DNA from: Candidatus Micrarchaeota archaeon
GTDB taxonomy: Archaea > Micrarchaeota > Micrarchaeia > Micrarchaeales > CABMGC01
Direction: 5' to 3'
Length of the DNA stretch: 32,210 bases
Assembly (NCBI GenBank): GCA_964462345.1
Contig: CAYWXC010000001.1
Span: 1-32,210 of the forward strand
A program made the position numbers and the translations under genes. Below the pieces are notes generated by a model, which worked only from the letters and a program-made list of their open reading frames with translations, searched no databases and had not been told where the DNA came from. Of this stretch, positions 8,283 to 17,236 are shown one piece after another (within the stretch, counting starts at the first letter, position 1; each line of letters starts with the position of its first letter).

Positions 8283-9293
8283 ATGATCAACAGGAAAACA
8301 TCCATGCTTCTGCTTCTTTTTCTCTCATCTCTAATACTTCTTGCAGCATCTGTGTTGATGATACAACTTGTATCAGTTGCATATGGAGTCGGAGCGGGCG
8401 CATCTATACAGAGTGCAGCTGATCACTCCAACGTCACCAGCATATTGGAACCGTCAGCATCAAATCTTAATCCATTATACGCAACAATATTGTCGGAATA
8501 TATGGTATTTATTGTCGGAATAGGAATGCTAATTTCTTCAGTACTGATCTACAAAAACAAATCAAACATAGCAAATAGCGAAGCACGGGGATACATCTTC
8601 TTGAACGCATCTCTCACTCTGATATATACCTCACTGTTCTTCATTATTCCTATATTCTTTGTCAATATAATAAAAGCTCAGATAATATCTGTCAGCATGT
8701 ATTATTACATTGCAGTCTATTTTTCCATAATCGTCGCGTTATCGATAGATTCATACCTAATTCTATTAAAGTATATTAATCCAACATCATCGCGCAGGCG
8801 GAAGAGCCTAGCGATTGATCCATCAAAGCCTTACACCAACCTTCTCCGCATAAAGGATGAGATTTTTTCCCAATTGACTGGAAATGTTTTCATTGTCGAT
8901 AAGCACATGAATTCTGAAGGGATAGAAAACTTCTCCAGGCTCTTCATGGGCAATGAGAATGAGGTGCCTGAAGTAAAGATACTGACATCAAAAGAGATGC
9001 TTGATGCACGTTTCTCGAGGAACTATCTGGATTGCAAAGCCGAGGCCGAGAATTATGGCACTAAGATAAGCGTACTTGTCATGAACGACGAAGATGCAAT
9101 ATCTCAGCATGAGCGGTTCATATTCGATGACAAGAATGCGTACAAGGTTCCACCATTTAACATAATGCACAAGAAGAGCGAACATATCACACGGCTCAAT
9201 ATAAATGAGGCTAGAAGACGATTCAACGAGCTCCAGAAAAGGTCCATAAAATATGAGAACTTTGTATCAAAGAACGGCGCAAGGCCAAGATGA
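8283..9293 (+). CDS. Membrane protein of unknown function with a possible C-terminal PLD-like (MIT_C-type) domain
   Basis: 336 aa. Five or six TM segments in residues 1-165, then a soluble domain: FIVDKHMN...VKILTSKE...ISVLVMNDEDAISQHERFIFDDKNAYKV. This has an H-x-R-x4-D arrangement reminiscent of HxK(x)4D. The functional assignment is weak. Confidence 0.5.
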   Translation: MINRKTSMLLLLFLSSLILLAASVLMIQLVSVAYGVGAGASIQSAADHSNVTSILEPSASNLNPLYATILSEYMVFIVGIGMLISSVLIYKNKSNIANSEARGYIFLNASLTLIYTSLFFIIPIFFVNIIKAQIISVSMYYYIAVYFSIIVALSIDSYLILLKYINPTSSRRRKSLAIDPSKPYTNLLRIKDEIFSQLTGNVFIVDKHMNSEGIENFSRLFMGNENEVPEVKILTSKEMLDARFSRNYLDCKAEAENYGTKISVLVMNDEDAISQHERFIFDDKNAYKVPPFNIMHKKSEHITRLNINEARRRFNELQKRSIKYENFVSKNGARPR

Positions 9294-9296
9294 GCG

Positions 9297-9929
9297 CTAA
9301 ATTATCAGCGTTGAGATGAAGACAAACGCAGAATACGCAAGAAAGACTGCGGCCGCGTAGCTCTTATTTCTCTTAAATAGATTCTTTTTCGTGAACCCTA
9401 AGAATGAATCTGAATTTGCAAGATGGAATGCAGTTCCAACAATCAGAAAAGGAAGAACATATTTCGGTTTAAGCGCTGCAAGGCATGAAAGATAAAAGAG
9501 ATACTCTATCACAAAGGCCGCTCTTCCGTGCCTCCACAGTCCAAATCCCAGCTTTTTATCAGATCTTCCAAATCCAAGGACTTGCATGTCCTTGAAATGC
9601 ATGACTATATCAAGGATAAAGTGTGATATGGAGCCTATGATGAATATTAAAAGTATATTCCAGTCTGATAGCAAAAATGAGAGAAGCAGTCCGACAAATG
9701 CGCCTGTACCAATCATCATTGTGAATGAGTGCGAATATTGAAACGTTATGAATCTCATCCTATCCTGTAATGGGCTGTCTTTGTCAATCTTGGCTTTTTC
9801 AATTCCTGCAAAAATTAGCAATGGCCACATTAGGTCTGGAAAGCAGACTGCGAGAAGAATCGCCCAGATTGGAACACCTGGGAATAAGCCAAATAGAAGA
9901 AATGCAATCCCAAAATGTCCTATAAACAT
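9297..9929 (-). CDS. Membrane-bound metal-dependent hydrolase, YdjM/DUF457-like
   Basis: 210 aa, polytopic. N-terminal MFIGHFG, then FPDL, YSHSF and SHFILDIVMH, matching the His/Asp pattern of the YdjM family. Confidence 0.55.
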   Translation of the reverse strand: MFIGHFGIAFLLFGLFPGVPIWAILLAVCFPDLMWPLLIFAGIEKAKIDKDSPLQDRMRFITFQYSHSFTMMIGTGAFVGLLLSFLLSDWNILLIFIIGSISHFILDIVMHFKDMQVLGFGRSDKKLGFGLWRHGRAAFVIEYLFYLSCLAALKPKYVLPFLIVGTAFHLANSDSFLGFTKKNLFKRNKSYAAAVFLAYSAFVFISTLII

Positions 9930-9955
9930 CGATGCACCAAGATTCTTCTAAAGAA

Positions 9956-10026
9956 AGCCAGGAAAGGGAGTTGAACCCCTCTAAGCCGCTCTGCAGGCGG
10001 CTGCATAGCCGATCTGCCACCCTGGC
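9956..10026 (-). tRNA. tRNA-Cys (anticodon GCA)
   Basis: Minus-strand read: GCCAGGG TG GCAG ATCGGCT ATGC A GCCGC CTGCAGA GCGGC TTAG AGGGG TTCAACT CCCTT TCCTGGC T. The cloverleaf closes with a G13:A22 mismatch in the D stem. No intron and no encoded CCA. Confidence 0.8.
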
Positions 10027-10059
10027 AATAAAGGCATCTACTATTAGATAGTAATTCTC

Positions 10060-11073
10060 TTATAACCCTTTCTGTGAACTTTTCCTCATTTTAACATTTT
10101 CTGCGGTGCCTATGCACGAACGGAGCATCTCTATTGCTTCAAGGGGGAATTTACCTACAGATGTCTCATTGCTCAGCATAATCCCATACGCGTTATTTGA
10201 GACTGCATTGGCTATATCGCTTACCTCTGCCCTTGTTGGAACAGGCTTACTAACCATGCTTGCCAGAACTTCCGTAGCCATTATGAAAGGAGTCTCTCCC
10301 CTATTAGCAGCATCGATTATCAACGCTTGCGCTTCAGGTAGTTTCTCAAAACTAACATTTAGGGCGAGATCTCCCCTGGCAACCATTATCATATCAGACT
10401 CATTAACAATATCATCTATATTTTCCAAAGCATCCTTTCTCTCGATCTTTGATATTATCTTGGAATTAGTGACTGCCTCTCTTAGCTTCCTCACATTTTC
10501 CGCGTTTCTTACGAACGACTCAGCTATAATCTCACACTTGTTCTCAAGAGCAAAGCCAAGCAAGGAGATATCATCTTCTGTAGGTGGCTCAGCATCAACT
10601 TCTAAGTCTTCTAAGCTTATCCCTTTTCTGCTTCCTATTAAGCCATCAAAATAAGATCTGCATCGTATCTCCCTTTTTCCTATTCCTATTATCGCTAGCT
10701 TAAGCTCTCCGTCTCCAATATATATGGCGGCGCCTGGCTTGCAGTATTTAATAAGGTCATATTCTATAGGTATAGAGCCTGGAACTACCATATCTCCCTC
10801 AAAAGAGAAGACGACTTCTTCTCCCTTTTTGATCTTCTTTGCCTCATCCATTTTCGCTATTCTTATTTTTGGCCCAGGAAGATCTGCCATTATATCAGTA
10901 ACCTTTCCAAGTTTTTTAGATATGCTTCGCACGTTGCTTATTGCCTTTGACCACTCCTCCTCGCTTCCATGAGAAAAATTAATCCTTACTATATCTGCCA
11001 TGCTTACTGCTTTCTCCAATGTTTCGTAATCCTTTATCGCAGGGCCATAAGTGATTATTATCTTCGTTTTCAT
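10060..11073 (-). CDS. pyk: Pyruvate kinase, A+B domains only (no C-terminal domain)
   Basis: 337 aa. IITYGPA, NFSHG, DLPGPKIRI, SKIERKDAL, MVARGDLA, ATEVLASM, PTRAEVSDIANAV and MLSNETSVGKFP are all canonical PK motifs. The protein ends about 20 aa after the last A-domain motif. Confidence 0.8.
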   Translation of the reverse strand: MKTKIIITYGPAIKDYETLEKAVSMADIVRINFSHGSEEEWSKAISNVRSISKKLGKVTDIMADLPGPKIRIAKMDEAKKIKKGEEVVFSFEGDMVVPGSIPIEYDLIKYCKPGAAIYIGDGELKLAIIGIGKREIRCRSYFDGLIGSRKGISLEDLEVDAEPPTEDDISLLGFALENKCEIIAESFVRNAENVRKLREAVTNSKIISKIERKDALENIDDIVNESDMIMVARGDLALNVSFEKLPEAQALIIDAANRGETPFIMATEVLASMVSKPVPTRAEVSDIANAVSNNAYGIMLSNETSVGKFPLEAIEMLRSCIGTAENVKMRKSSQKGL

Positions 11074-11145
11074 CTGACTTCACCTTCTTAACAGATTATA
11101 ACTTCCCTTAGTAGGCATAGCTTAAGAATATATATTAAAATTATA

Positions 11146-12009
11146 TTGTATATAAATTATCATCTACTACTGGTTGCTTACATGATCAAGGTTGCTTTCC
11201 AAGGTGAATCTGGGGCTTACAGCGAAGAGGCAGCAATTAAATTTTTTGGAAAGAGGATAGAATCCGTTCCCTGCCAGACTTTTGCAGATATATTCGAATC
11301 TGTATCAAAAGGGAGTGACTTTGGGGTCGTACCGATAGAAAATTCAATAGAAGGAAACATCACACAGACATATGATCTTATCTTAAAATTCGGGTTTCCA
11401 ATAGTTGGGGAAGTAATACATAGAATATCACATTGCCTAATAGCCAACAAAGGAGTGAAGCTGAATTCCATAAAAAAAGTTTATTCACATCCGCAGGCTT
11501 TGGGCCAATGCAGAGATTATCTGGAGAAGATGAAATTTCCAGCCATACCCGAGTATGATACTGCAGGGAGTGTCAAACTGATAAAGGAAAAGAAAATAAC
11601 AGATGGCGCTGCAATAGCTGGACGAGGCGCTGCAGCAATTTATAATATGCAGATATTGGCTAGAGAGATAGAAACCAATAAGAAAAATTTTACGAGATTC
11701 TTTGTCATATCCAAAAACAGAAACAAACTCTTGGATAAACGTAACAAATTCAAGACCTCGATAGCATTTTCTGCAAAGCATACTCCTGGCGCGCTTTACA
11801 ATGCAATAGGCTGTTTCGCGAAAAACGGAATAAACCTCACGTATATACAATCAAGGCCTATACTGGGAAAGCCCTGGGAGTATAATTTTTATCTAGATTG
11901 CGAAGGATCTATTCATTCCCCAAATCTTAAAAAAGCTGTTTCAGAACTTGACGAGTTTGCTTCTTTTGTTAAGGTTCTTGGGTCTTATCAAAGAGCTAAA
12001 GCTGATTAA
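11146..12009 (+). CDS. pheA: Prephenate dehydratase (PDT plus ACT domains); likely true start is the ATG at 11182
   Basis: KVAFQGESGAYSEEAA, VPIENSIEGNI, SHPQALGQC and TRFFVI, followed by an ACT-like C-terminus (TSIAFSAKHTPGALYNAIGCFAKNGINLTYIQSRP). Confidence 0.9.
   Translation: MYINYHLLLVAYMIKVAFQGESGAYSEEAAIKFFGKRIESVPCQTFADIFESVSKGSDFGVVPIENSIEGNITQTYDLILKFGFPIVGEVIHRISHCLIANKGVKLNSIKKVYSHPQALGQCRDYLEKMKFPAIPEYDTAGSVKLIKEKKITDGAAIAGRGAAAIYNMQILAREIETNKKNFTRFFVISKNRNKLLDKRNKFKTSIAFSAKHTPGALYNAIGCFAKNGINLTYIQSRPILGKPWEYNFYLDCEGSIHSPNLKKAVSELDEFASFVKVLGSYQRAKAD
11149..11158 (+). promoter_or_regulatory. TATA box candidate for pheA
   Basis: TATATAAATT is centred ~29 nt upstream of the ATG at 11182 (MIKVAFQG...). 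This implies a leaderless mRNA and supports 11182 rather than the TTG at 11146 as the true start. Confidence 0.4.
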
Positions 12010-12314
12010 ATAAAGATTGCCCTACTGGGCGGTCAGGAAGGGGTGAATAGTTCTCCGAGTTTTAACTGGAAATGAATCTTGAAGCCTTTTTCGCAAAGAA
12101 AGCAAATTAATGGCAGAGCTTACAAGAAAAAGGATTTGACTACTCTCTCCTCGAAGATGGCTAGTCTAAAAAACACCATACCTTATAAAGAGGAGTGAAA
12201 AGTGAGACTTCCTGTAACTAACCTTGCTTGATAACATTTATAAAGCTCTAACTGAACTCTTTATCTGCGACCATGTAACAAAGGAATTCGGATTCCTTTG
12301 ACGAGGAGATCACC

Positions 12315-12554
12315 ATGCCATATGCAAACCTTGAAAGTGCCGTATTCTTTGGAATAATATCTATATTCCAATCTGGGATAGGCATAGTATTTCTGGCAGT
12401 CGCACTGGCAATCCTATCGATGCTTGGGATAATCATCACAAATAAAAAAGAGGATGAAAGGTTTGTTTATCTTATGCATCTCTTGATAGGGGTTAGCCTT
12501 GGGGTCTTCGGTGTTGCGATAGCTCTTCTAACTGATTATCTTGTATCTGCGTGA
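12315..12554 (+). CDS. Small two- or three-TM membrane protein, unknown function
   Basis: 79 aa with clear hydrophobic helices (FFGIISIFQSGIGIVFLAVALAILSMLGIIIT; LMHLLIGVSLGVFGVAIALLT). GAGGAG lies 6-12 nt upstream of the ATG. There is no recognisable family. Confidence 0.4.
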   Translation: MPYANLESAVFFGIISIFQSGIGIVFLAVALAILSMLGIIITNKKEDERFVYLMHLLIGVSLGVFGVAIALLTDYLVSA

Positions 12555-13307
12555 TTATTTCAGCCTTGCTCCTCCATCGACAGGTATAACTGCACCATTA
12601 ATCCATTCAGATTCCTCGCTAAGCAGCCAGGTTATGACTCTAGCAACATCTTCCGGAGGGCACTCGGCATCTCCCAATTTCCTGCTTCTTTTCCAATCTC
12701 TTTCTGGCTCGAAGTCATGCCTCATGGCTTTTGGAGCCACTGTGTTTACTCTTATATTTTTGTTCAGGAGTTCATATGCAAGAAGTTCGGTAGCCTTAGC
12801 AAGTCCTGCTTTTGATGATGCATACGCTATCTCATCAGAGCCATGTCCGTACGTTCCCTCTATGGATGATACTAAAACTATCGATGAATTCTTTTTAAGA
12901 TATGGTAACGCAGCCTTTACAGCATATATTGGGGCTTTGAGATTGGCTCCTATCATACTTTCCATCTTTTCCTCGCTCAGGCTCTCAAGAGGCGTATCGA
13001 TATAATTGCCAACAAGCACAGCTACGTGGTCTACTTTTCCAAGTTTTTTTAGCGATTGATCAACAGCTTTTTTGGCTCCAGAGACAGTTGAGAGGTCTGC
13101 AACAATGTAATCAACCTTCCCATACTTCGAGAGTTTTTCCTTAATCTTTTTTAGGTTCGATTCCTTTCTGGCAACAACAGCTATCTCTGCTCCCTCTTTC
13201 AATAGGAAGTACGAGGTCGCCGGTCCCAATCCTGATCCAACACCCATAACAATGACTTTTTTCCCATCAAGTCTCATCGAATCTCCAGACTTATACTCGA
13301 TCGGCAA
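12555..13307 (-). CDS. Short-chain dehydrogenase/reductase (SDR) family oxidoreductase
   Basis: 250 aa. An atypical Rossmann motif VMGVGSGLG, NxxG-like VLVGN, the catalytic S...YASSKAG, and PKAM. Confidence 0.88.
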   Translation of the reverse strand: MPIEYKSGDSMRLDGKKVIVMGVGSGLGPATSYFLLKEGAEIAVVARKESNLKKIKEKLSKYGKVDYIVADLSTVSGAKKAVDQSLKKLGKVDHVAVLVGNYIDTPLESLSEEKMESMIGANLKAPIYAVKAALPYLKKNSSIVLVSSIEGTYGHGSDEIAYASSKAGLAKATELLAYELLNKNIRVNTVAPKAMRHDFEPERDWKRSRKLGDAECPPEDVARVITWLLSEESEWINGAVIPVDGGARLK

Positions 13308-13336
13308 GCTTTTAGTTATTAGTCAAAAAAATTTTC

Positions 13337-15715
13337 TCACTTTATGATGTCTATCCGTATTCCCTCCGAAACCTCTGACGAAGCCTTACCTCTCTCTACC
13401 TTCTTTACCTTCATGCTCCCGCCAATATCTCGAAGGTCTCCTAGATCCAATTCGGAATCGACAATCACTGATTCAAGTTCTGCATTCAGCGCCATCTTGT
13501 TGTCATGCTTCCATTTTCTTATGAACTTTATTATAGCTACTATCGCCTTTCCTCTCTTAAGCCCCACAGCATCAATCCCAATGGCAGATGGCCATCTGCT
13601 TGTATGTATGGATATGCTCGTCTCGTCTGGGAAAGCTTCCACGAATGCATTGTTTGACAAGAATGCTGACCTGTATATCTCCTCCATTGCAAAGGGTATG
13701 AATGGGGCAAGCATCTTTATTATGTGTAAGAATGACTCAACAAACGATCTATATGCTGAATCATCTCCAGAATAAATTCTATATTTTATGAATTCCAAAT
13801 AATCATTTGCAAATTCCCAGAAGAATTCTTCAATGGTCTGCTTTGCTCCATGATAATTATATTCATCAAATCTTTTTGTTGCTATGTTTATTGTCTCATG
13901 CATTCTCCCAAGTATCCATTTGTCAACATAATTATCGCTTTTCTCCTTGCTTATAGATTTGCAGTTCATATCCATGAATCTTGCCACATTCCACATCTTG
14001 TTAATAAGCTTTGAGCAGGCTATCAGCTCCTTTTCCTGGAATGAACTATCCTCCCCCAATGATGCCGAACTGGCCCAGTATCTAACCGGATCTGCACCGT
14101 ATTTCTCAATGAATCCTTCTGGTTTTATCACGTTGCCAAGGTGTTTATGCATCGCTTCCCCTTTGGGATCAAGCCCATGTCCTGATATTATGATATCCTT
14201 CCATGGTATCGAGTTAGTATGCAGATATGATTTCACAACGGTTGTGAAAGCCCAGAAAGATATTATATCATGAGCTTGTGGTCTAAGGCTCATCGGGTAT
14301 ATCTTATCCATATACTTTCCATCTAGACCCCATCTAGCGTTGATGAGAGGGGTAAGTGATGATGTTGCCCATGTGTCCATAACATCACTCTCTGGTTCGA
14401 AATCGGAGGATCCGCATTTATCACAAGAGCCATTTGGCCTGTCCACAAATGGATTCACTGGAAGATCTTTCTCTTCAGCAAATTTGACTTCCTTACATTT
14501 GTTGCAATACCATACTGGGAAGTAAACCCCAAAGTATCTCTGCCTCGAGATCCCCCAGTCCCACTGAAGACCGCTAACCCAATTATCAAATCTAACTTTC
14601 ATATGCTGCGGATGCCATTTAATTTCAGCCCCAAGCTCGAGGAATTTATCCTTAAGATCAAGATAATGTATGTACCATTGGTTCTTCACAATAAATTCTA
14701 TCTCTGTATCGCATCTCTCATGGGTATTAACTGAGTGCTCAATCTTATTTTCCTTGAGAACAAGCCCATTTTCCCTAAGGTCTTCCACAACTTTTTCCCT
14801 AGCTTCTCTTATGCTTAGCCCTTTGAGGGAACTTTCCATTATCTTGCCATCAGGACTTATTATTATCTTCAGGTCTAAGCCATAGGCCTTGTACCATTCT
14901 ATGTCTGTTTGGTCCCCAAAGGTGGAGCACATGACAATTCCGCTGCCTTTATTCGGATCGACCCGCGAATCTCCTATTATTTTGACTTCCTGGCCAAAGA
15001 TTGGTACCTTTACTGTTCTTCCTATCAAACCTCTGTTCTTCTCATCTTCTGGGTTTACAAATATTGCAACGCATGCGGGTATCAGTTCTGGCCTTGTTGT
15101 GGCTATCACTACGCCTTCATCAAACTTGACAAATACCATCTTGCTAGGTAAAATCTTATCTGCAAGCTCCATCTGTGATACGGTGGTTTTGCATTTTGGA
15201 CAGTATAACACTGGAGCCTCTCTTTTGTATACCCTTCCCATCTTGTTAAGCTCGAGGAAGGATCTCTGTGATATCTTCTGAACATCCGAGCTTATTGTCT
15301 GGTATGTCAGAGACCAATCTACTGATAGCCCCAGTCTTTTCCACAATTCAACATATTTTTTATTGTACACCTCTATTTCGCTCCTGACTATCTCTGTGAA
15401 TTTCTCCCTCTCCATGCTTTCTGCTCTCTTGCCTATCTTCTTCTCTATGAGAAGTTCGGTTGGGAGGCCGTTGTTGTCAAGACCAAATGGATAGAATACC
15501 TCAAAGCCTCTCATCCTTTTGTATCTTGCAACGAACTCTGCTTGAGAATATGAAAACACGTGGCCCATATGGATGTCTCCTGAAACTGTGGGTGGTGGGG
15601 TGTCAATCGAGTAAACTTCTTTCTTACTCTCAGGATCGAAGGCAAAGACAGCATTGTCCTCCCAGAACCTTATTATCTTATATTCAACAGCCTTTGGGTC
15701 GTACTTTGGCTCCAT
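13337..15715 (-). CDS. valS: Valine--tRNA ligase
   Basis: 792 aa. PPPTVSGDIHMGH (HIGH region in the ValRS context), the CP1 editing motif ATTRPE, WGISRQRYFG, and DTWATSS. The KMSKS position reads AMHKHLGN. The size fits archaeal ValRS rather than IleRS or LeuRS. Confidence 0.88.
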   Translation of the reverse strand: MEPKYDPKAVEYKIIRFWEDNAVFAFDPESKKEVYSIDTPPPTVSGDIHMGHVFSYSQAEFVARYKRMRGFEVFYPFGLDNNGLPTELLIEKKIGKRAESMEREKFTEIVRSEIEVYNKKYVELWKRLGLSVDWSLTYQTISSDVQKISQRSFLELNKMGRVYKREAPVLYCPKCKTTVSQMELADKILPSKMVFVKFDEGVVIATTRPELIPACVAIFVNPEDEKNRGLIGRTVKVPIFGQEVKIIGDSRVDPNKGSGIVMCSTFGDQTDIEWYKAYGLDLKIIISPDGKIMESSLKGLSIREAREKVVEDLRENGLVLKENKIEHSVNTHERCDTEIEFIVKNQWYIHYLDLKDKFLELGAEIKWHPQHMKVRFDNWVSGLQWDWGISRQRYFGVYFPVWYCNKCKEVKFAEEKDLPVNPFVDRPNGSCDKCGSSDFEPESDVMDTWATSSLTPLINARWGLDGKYMDKIYPMSLRPQAHDIISFWAFTTVVKSYLHTNSIPWKDIIISGHGLDPKGEAMHKHLGNVIKPEGFIEKYGADPVRYWASSASLGEDSSFQEKELIACSKLINKMWNVARFMDMNCKSISKEKSDNYVDKWILGRMHETINIATKRFDEYNYHGAKQTIEEFFWEFANDYLEFIKYRIYSGDDSAYRSFVESFLHIIKMLAPFIPFAMEEIYRSAFLSNNAFVEAFPDETSISIHTSRWPSAIGIDAVGLKRGKAIVAIIKFIRKWKHDNKMALNAELESVIVDSELDLGDLRDIGGSMKVKKVERGKASSEVSEGIRIDIIK

Positions 15716-15884
15716 AATAATTACCAGTAAGCATAGAAAAGGGTTTTACCAATATCAAAATGGTTATAAATCTTCTTGATGAATACTATAAGCGTATTGA
15801 TAAATGCCAAGCATATATTAGATTAAAGGCAAAGAATATAAAGCTTGATTTACCAATATGTAATGCGGGCTTATTTTGTACCGT

Positions 15885-15893
15885 ATTTATAAT
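15885..15893 (+). promoter_or_regulatory. TATA box candidate for the S15-S3Ae operon
   Basis: ATTTATAAT is centred ~25 nt upstream of the ATG at 15914, a leaderless arrangement. Confidence 0.45.
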
Positions 15894-15913
15894 CGATAAA
15901 CCTTAGTGGTCAA

Positions 15914-16372
15914 ATGGCAAGAATGCATACAGGAAGACATGGAAAGTCAAAGTCAAGGAAGCCAAAGGCTGACCTTGCTACAATACCTGAAAACTTTAAC
16001 AAGGAAGAAGTGGAAGAGATAGTGGTAAATTATGCAAAGCAGGGAACGCCACAGACGATGATAGGTCAACTCCTTAAGGAGAAGCATAATGTTCCATATG
16101 TTAAACATGCACTAGGAAAGAGGCTGGGCGAAGTCCTCACCGAAAAAGGTGTAACTCAGGAATTCCCACAAGACCTAGTGGACTTGATGAGAAGGGCAAT
16201 AAGGATGAGGAAGCATATTGGAAGGAATCACAAGGACATTAGCAATAAGCGCATACTTAATAATACTGAATCAAAGATATGGAAGCTTACAAAGTATTAC
16301 AAGAGCAGGGGCGTTCTTCCAAAGGACTGGAAATATGAGCCCGAAAAGGTTGAACTTATTATAAAGAGCTGA
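15914..16372 (+). CDS. rps15: 30S ribosomal protein S15 (uS15, archaeal S15P/S13e type)
   Basis: 152 aa. MARMHTGRHGKSKSRKP at the N-terminus, and a C-terminal half with KDISNKRILNNTESKIWKLTKYY. Confidence 0.93.
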   Translation: MARMHTGRHGKSKSRKPKADLATIPENFNKEEVEEIVVNYAKQGTPQTMIGQLLKEKHNVPYVKHALGKRLGEVLTEKGVTQEFPQDLVDLMRRAIRMRKHIGRNHKDISNKRILNNTESKIWKLTKYYKSRGVLPKDWKYEPEKVELIIKS

Positions 16373-16377
16373 TATCG

Positions 16378-16959
16378 ATGGCATTGCAAAAGAGCGTAGA
16401 AAAGTGGAAGAGCAAGAATTGGTTTGACGTGTATGCGCCAAAGATATTCGGAGATATAGTTATAGGTGAGATACCTGCAGCAGATGAGAAAAAGATTCTC
16501 GGAAGAAGGATAAAGGTCAGCCTTTCTTGGATAACGCATAAGCCTGAGCATTCATTCCTTGTGATCGGATTAAAAGTGAATGATTCTAAAGGAAACGTTG
16601 CTCATACAACAATAAACTATCTCGAACAAACTTACAGCTATGTTCATTCTCTGGTTAAGAGACACGGCAGTGTAATTTACACTATCGACAATGTCAAGGA
16701 TAAGGATAACAACAATCTGGTTGTGAAGCTGATACTTGTTTCAAGAGATAAGATCACAACAACAAAGAAAACAGCAATAAGAAAGGAGATATCCTCTCTC
16801 CTCAAAGAGCTTGTTTCGGGAATGAGCAAGGAAGAGCTTATTACTGCAATAATTGAGAACAAGCTTCAGAACGAAAGCAGGAACAAGATCAAGAACATAG
16901 CCCTGATAAACAAACTCGAAGTTAAGAAGATAGAGTTTGATAATGAGAGCGGTTCTTAA
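16378..16959 (+). CDS. rps3ae: 30S ribosomal protein S3Ae (eS1)
   Basis: 193 aa. KWKSKNWFDVYAPKIFG...GRRIKVSL is the characteristic S3Ae N-terminus. It lies 5 nt downstream of S15. Confidence 0.9.
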   Translation: MALQKSVEKWKSKNWFDVYAPKIFGDIVIGEIPAADEKKILGRRIKVSLSWITHKPEHSFLVIGLKVNDSKGNVAHTTINYLEQTYSYVHSLVKRHGSVIYTIDNVKDKDNNNLVVKLILVSRDKITTTKKTAIRKEISSLLKELVSGMSKEELITAIIENKLQNESRNKIKNIALINKLEVKKIEFDNESGS

Positions 16960-17039
16960 TTTTCTAAGAAAGGCTCTGCCTTTCAATCACTAATCCTTTA
17001 TTTTGATATTTGGTTAGTGAAACTTTTAATTAAATAGGA

Positions 17040-17123
17040 AAAGGGGGTCCTCAGAAGGTGTGTGGGGATAATACGGTTGGATTGGGATATCGTATTTAAA
17101 ACAAGTCTTCCTCGGACCCCTTT
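17040..17123. other. 84-nt three-segment imperfect hairpin in an otherwise empty intergenic region (candidate structured RNA or protein-binding palindrome)
   Basis: Pairings read directly from the sequence: AAAGGGG(17040-46)/CCCCTTT(17117-23), TCC(17048-50)/GGA(17114-16), GAAG(17054-57)/CTTC(17107-10), AATACG(17070-75)/CGTATT(17091-96), with a 15-nt apical loop. Strand and function are unknown. Confidence 0.5.
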
Positions 17124-17236
17124 GAATTCTATTTGGATTCCCCTATATTTATATATAACCTCGATTCTGTTACACATTTTACGTAACAATATATCAAAAA
17201 TAGCATATATTTTAATATTTGTTCCAATAAAGGATA

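Noticed and set aside
12025-12060. GGGCGGTCAGGAAGGGGTGAA, as a possible SRP RNA helix-8-like segment
   Set aside because: It is only a loose resemblance to the conserved GGUCAGGUCCGGAAGG... core. I could not build the flanking helices by eye. It should be left to an Infernal scan.
15770-15830. TGATGA in the valS/rps15 intergenic region as a C/D-box sRNA
   Set aside because: No CTGA D box lies within the expected 50-70 nt, and there is no terminal stem.
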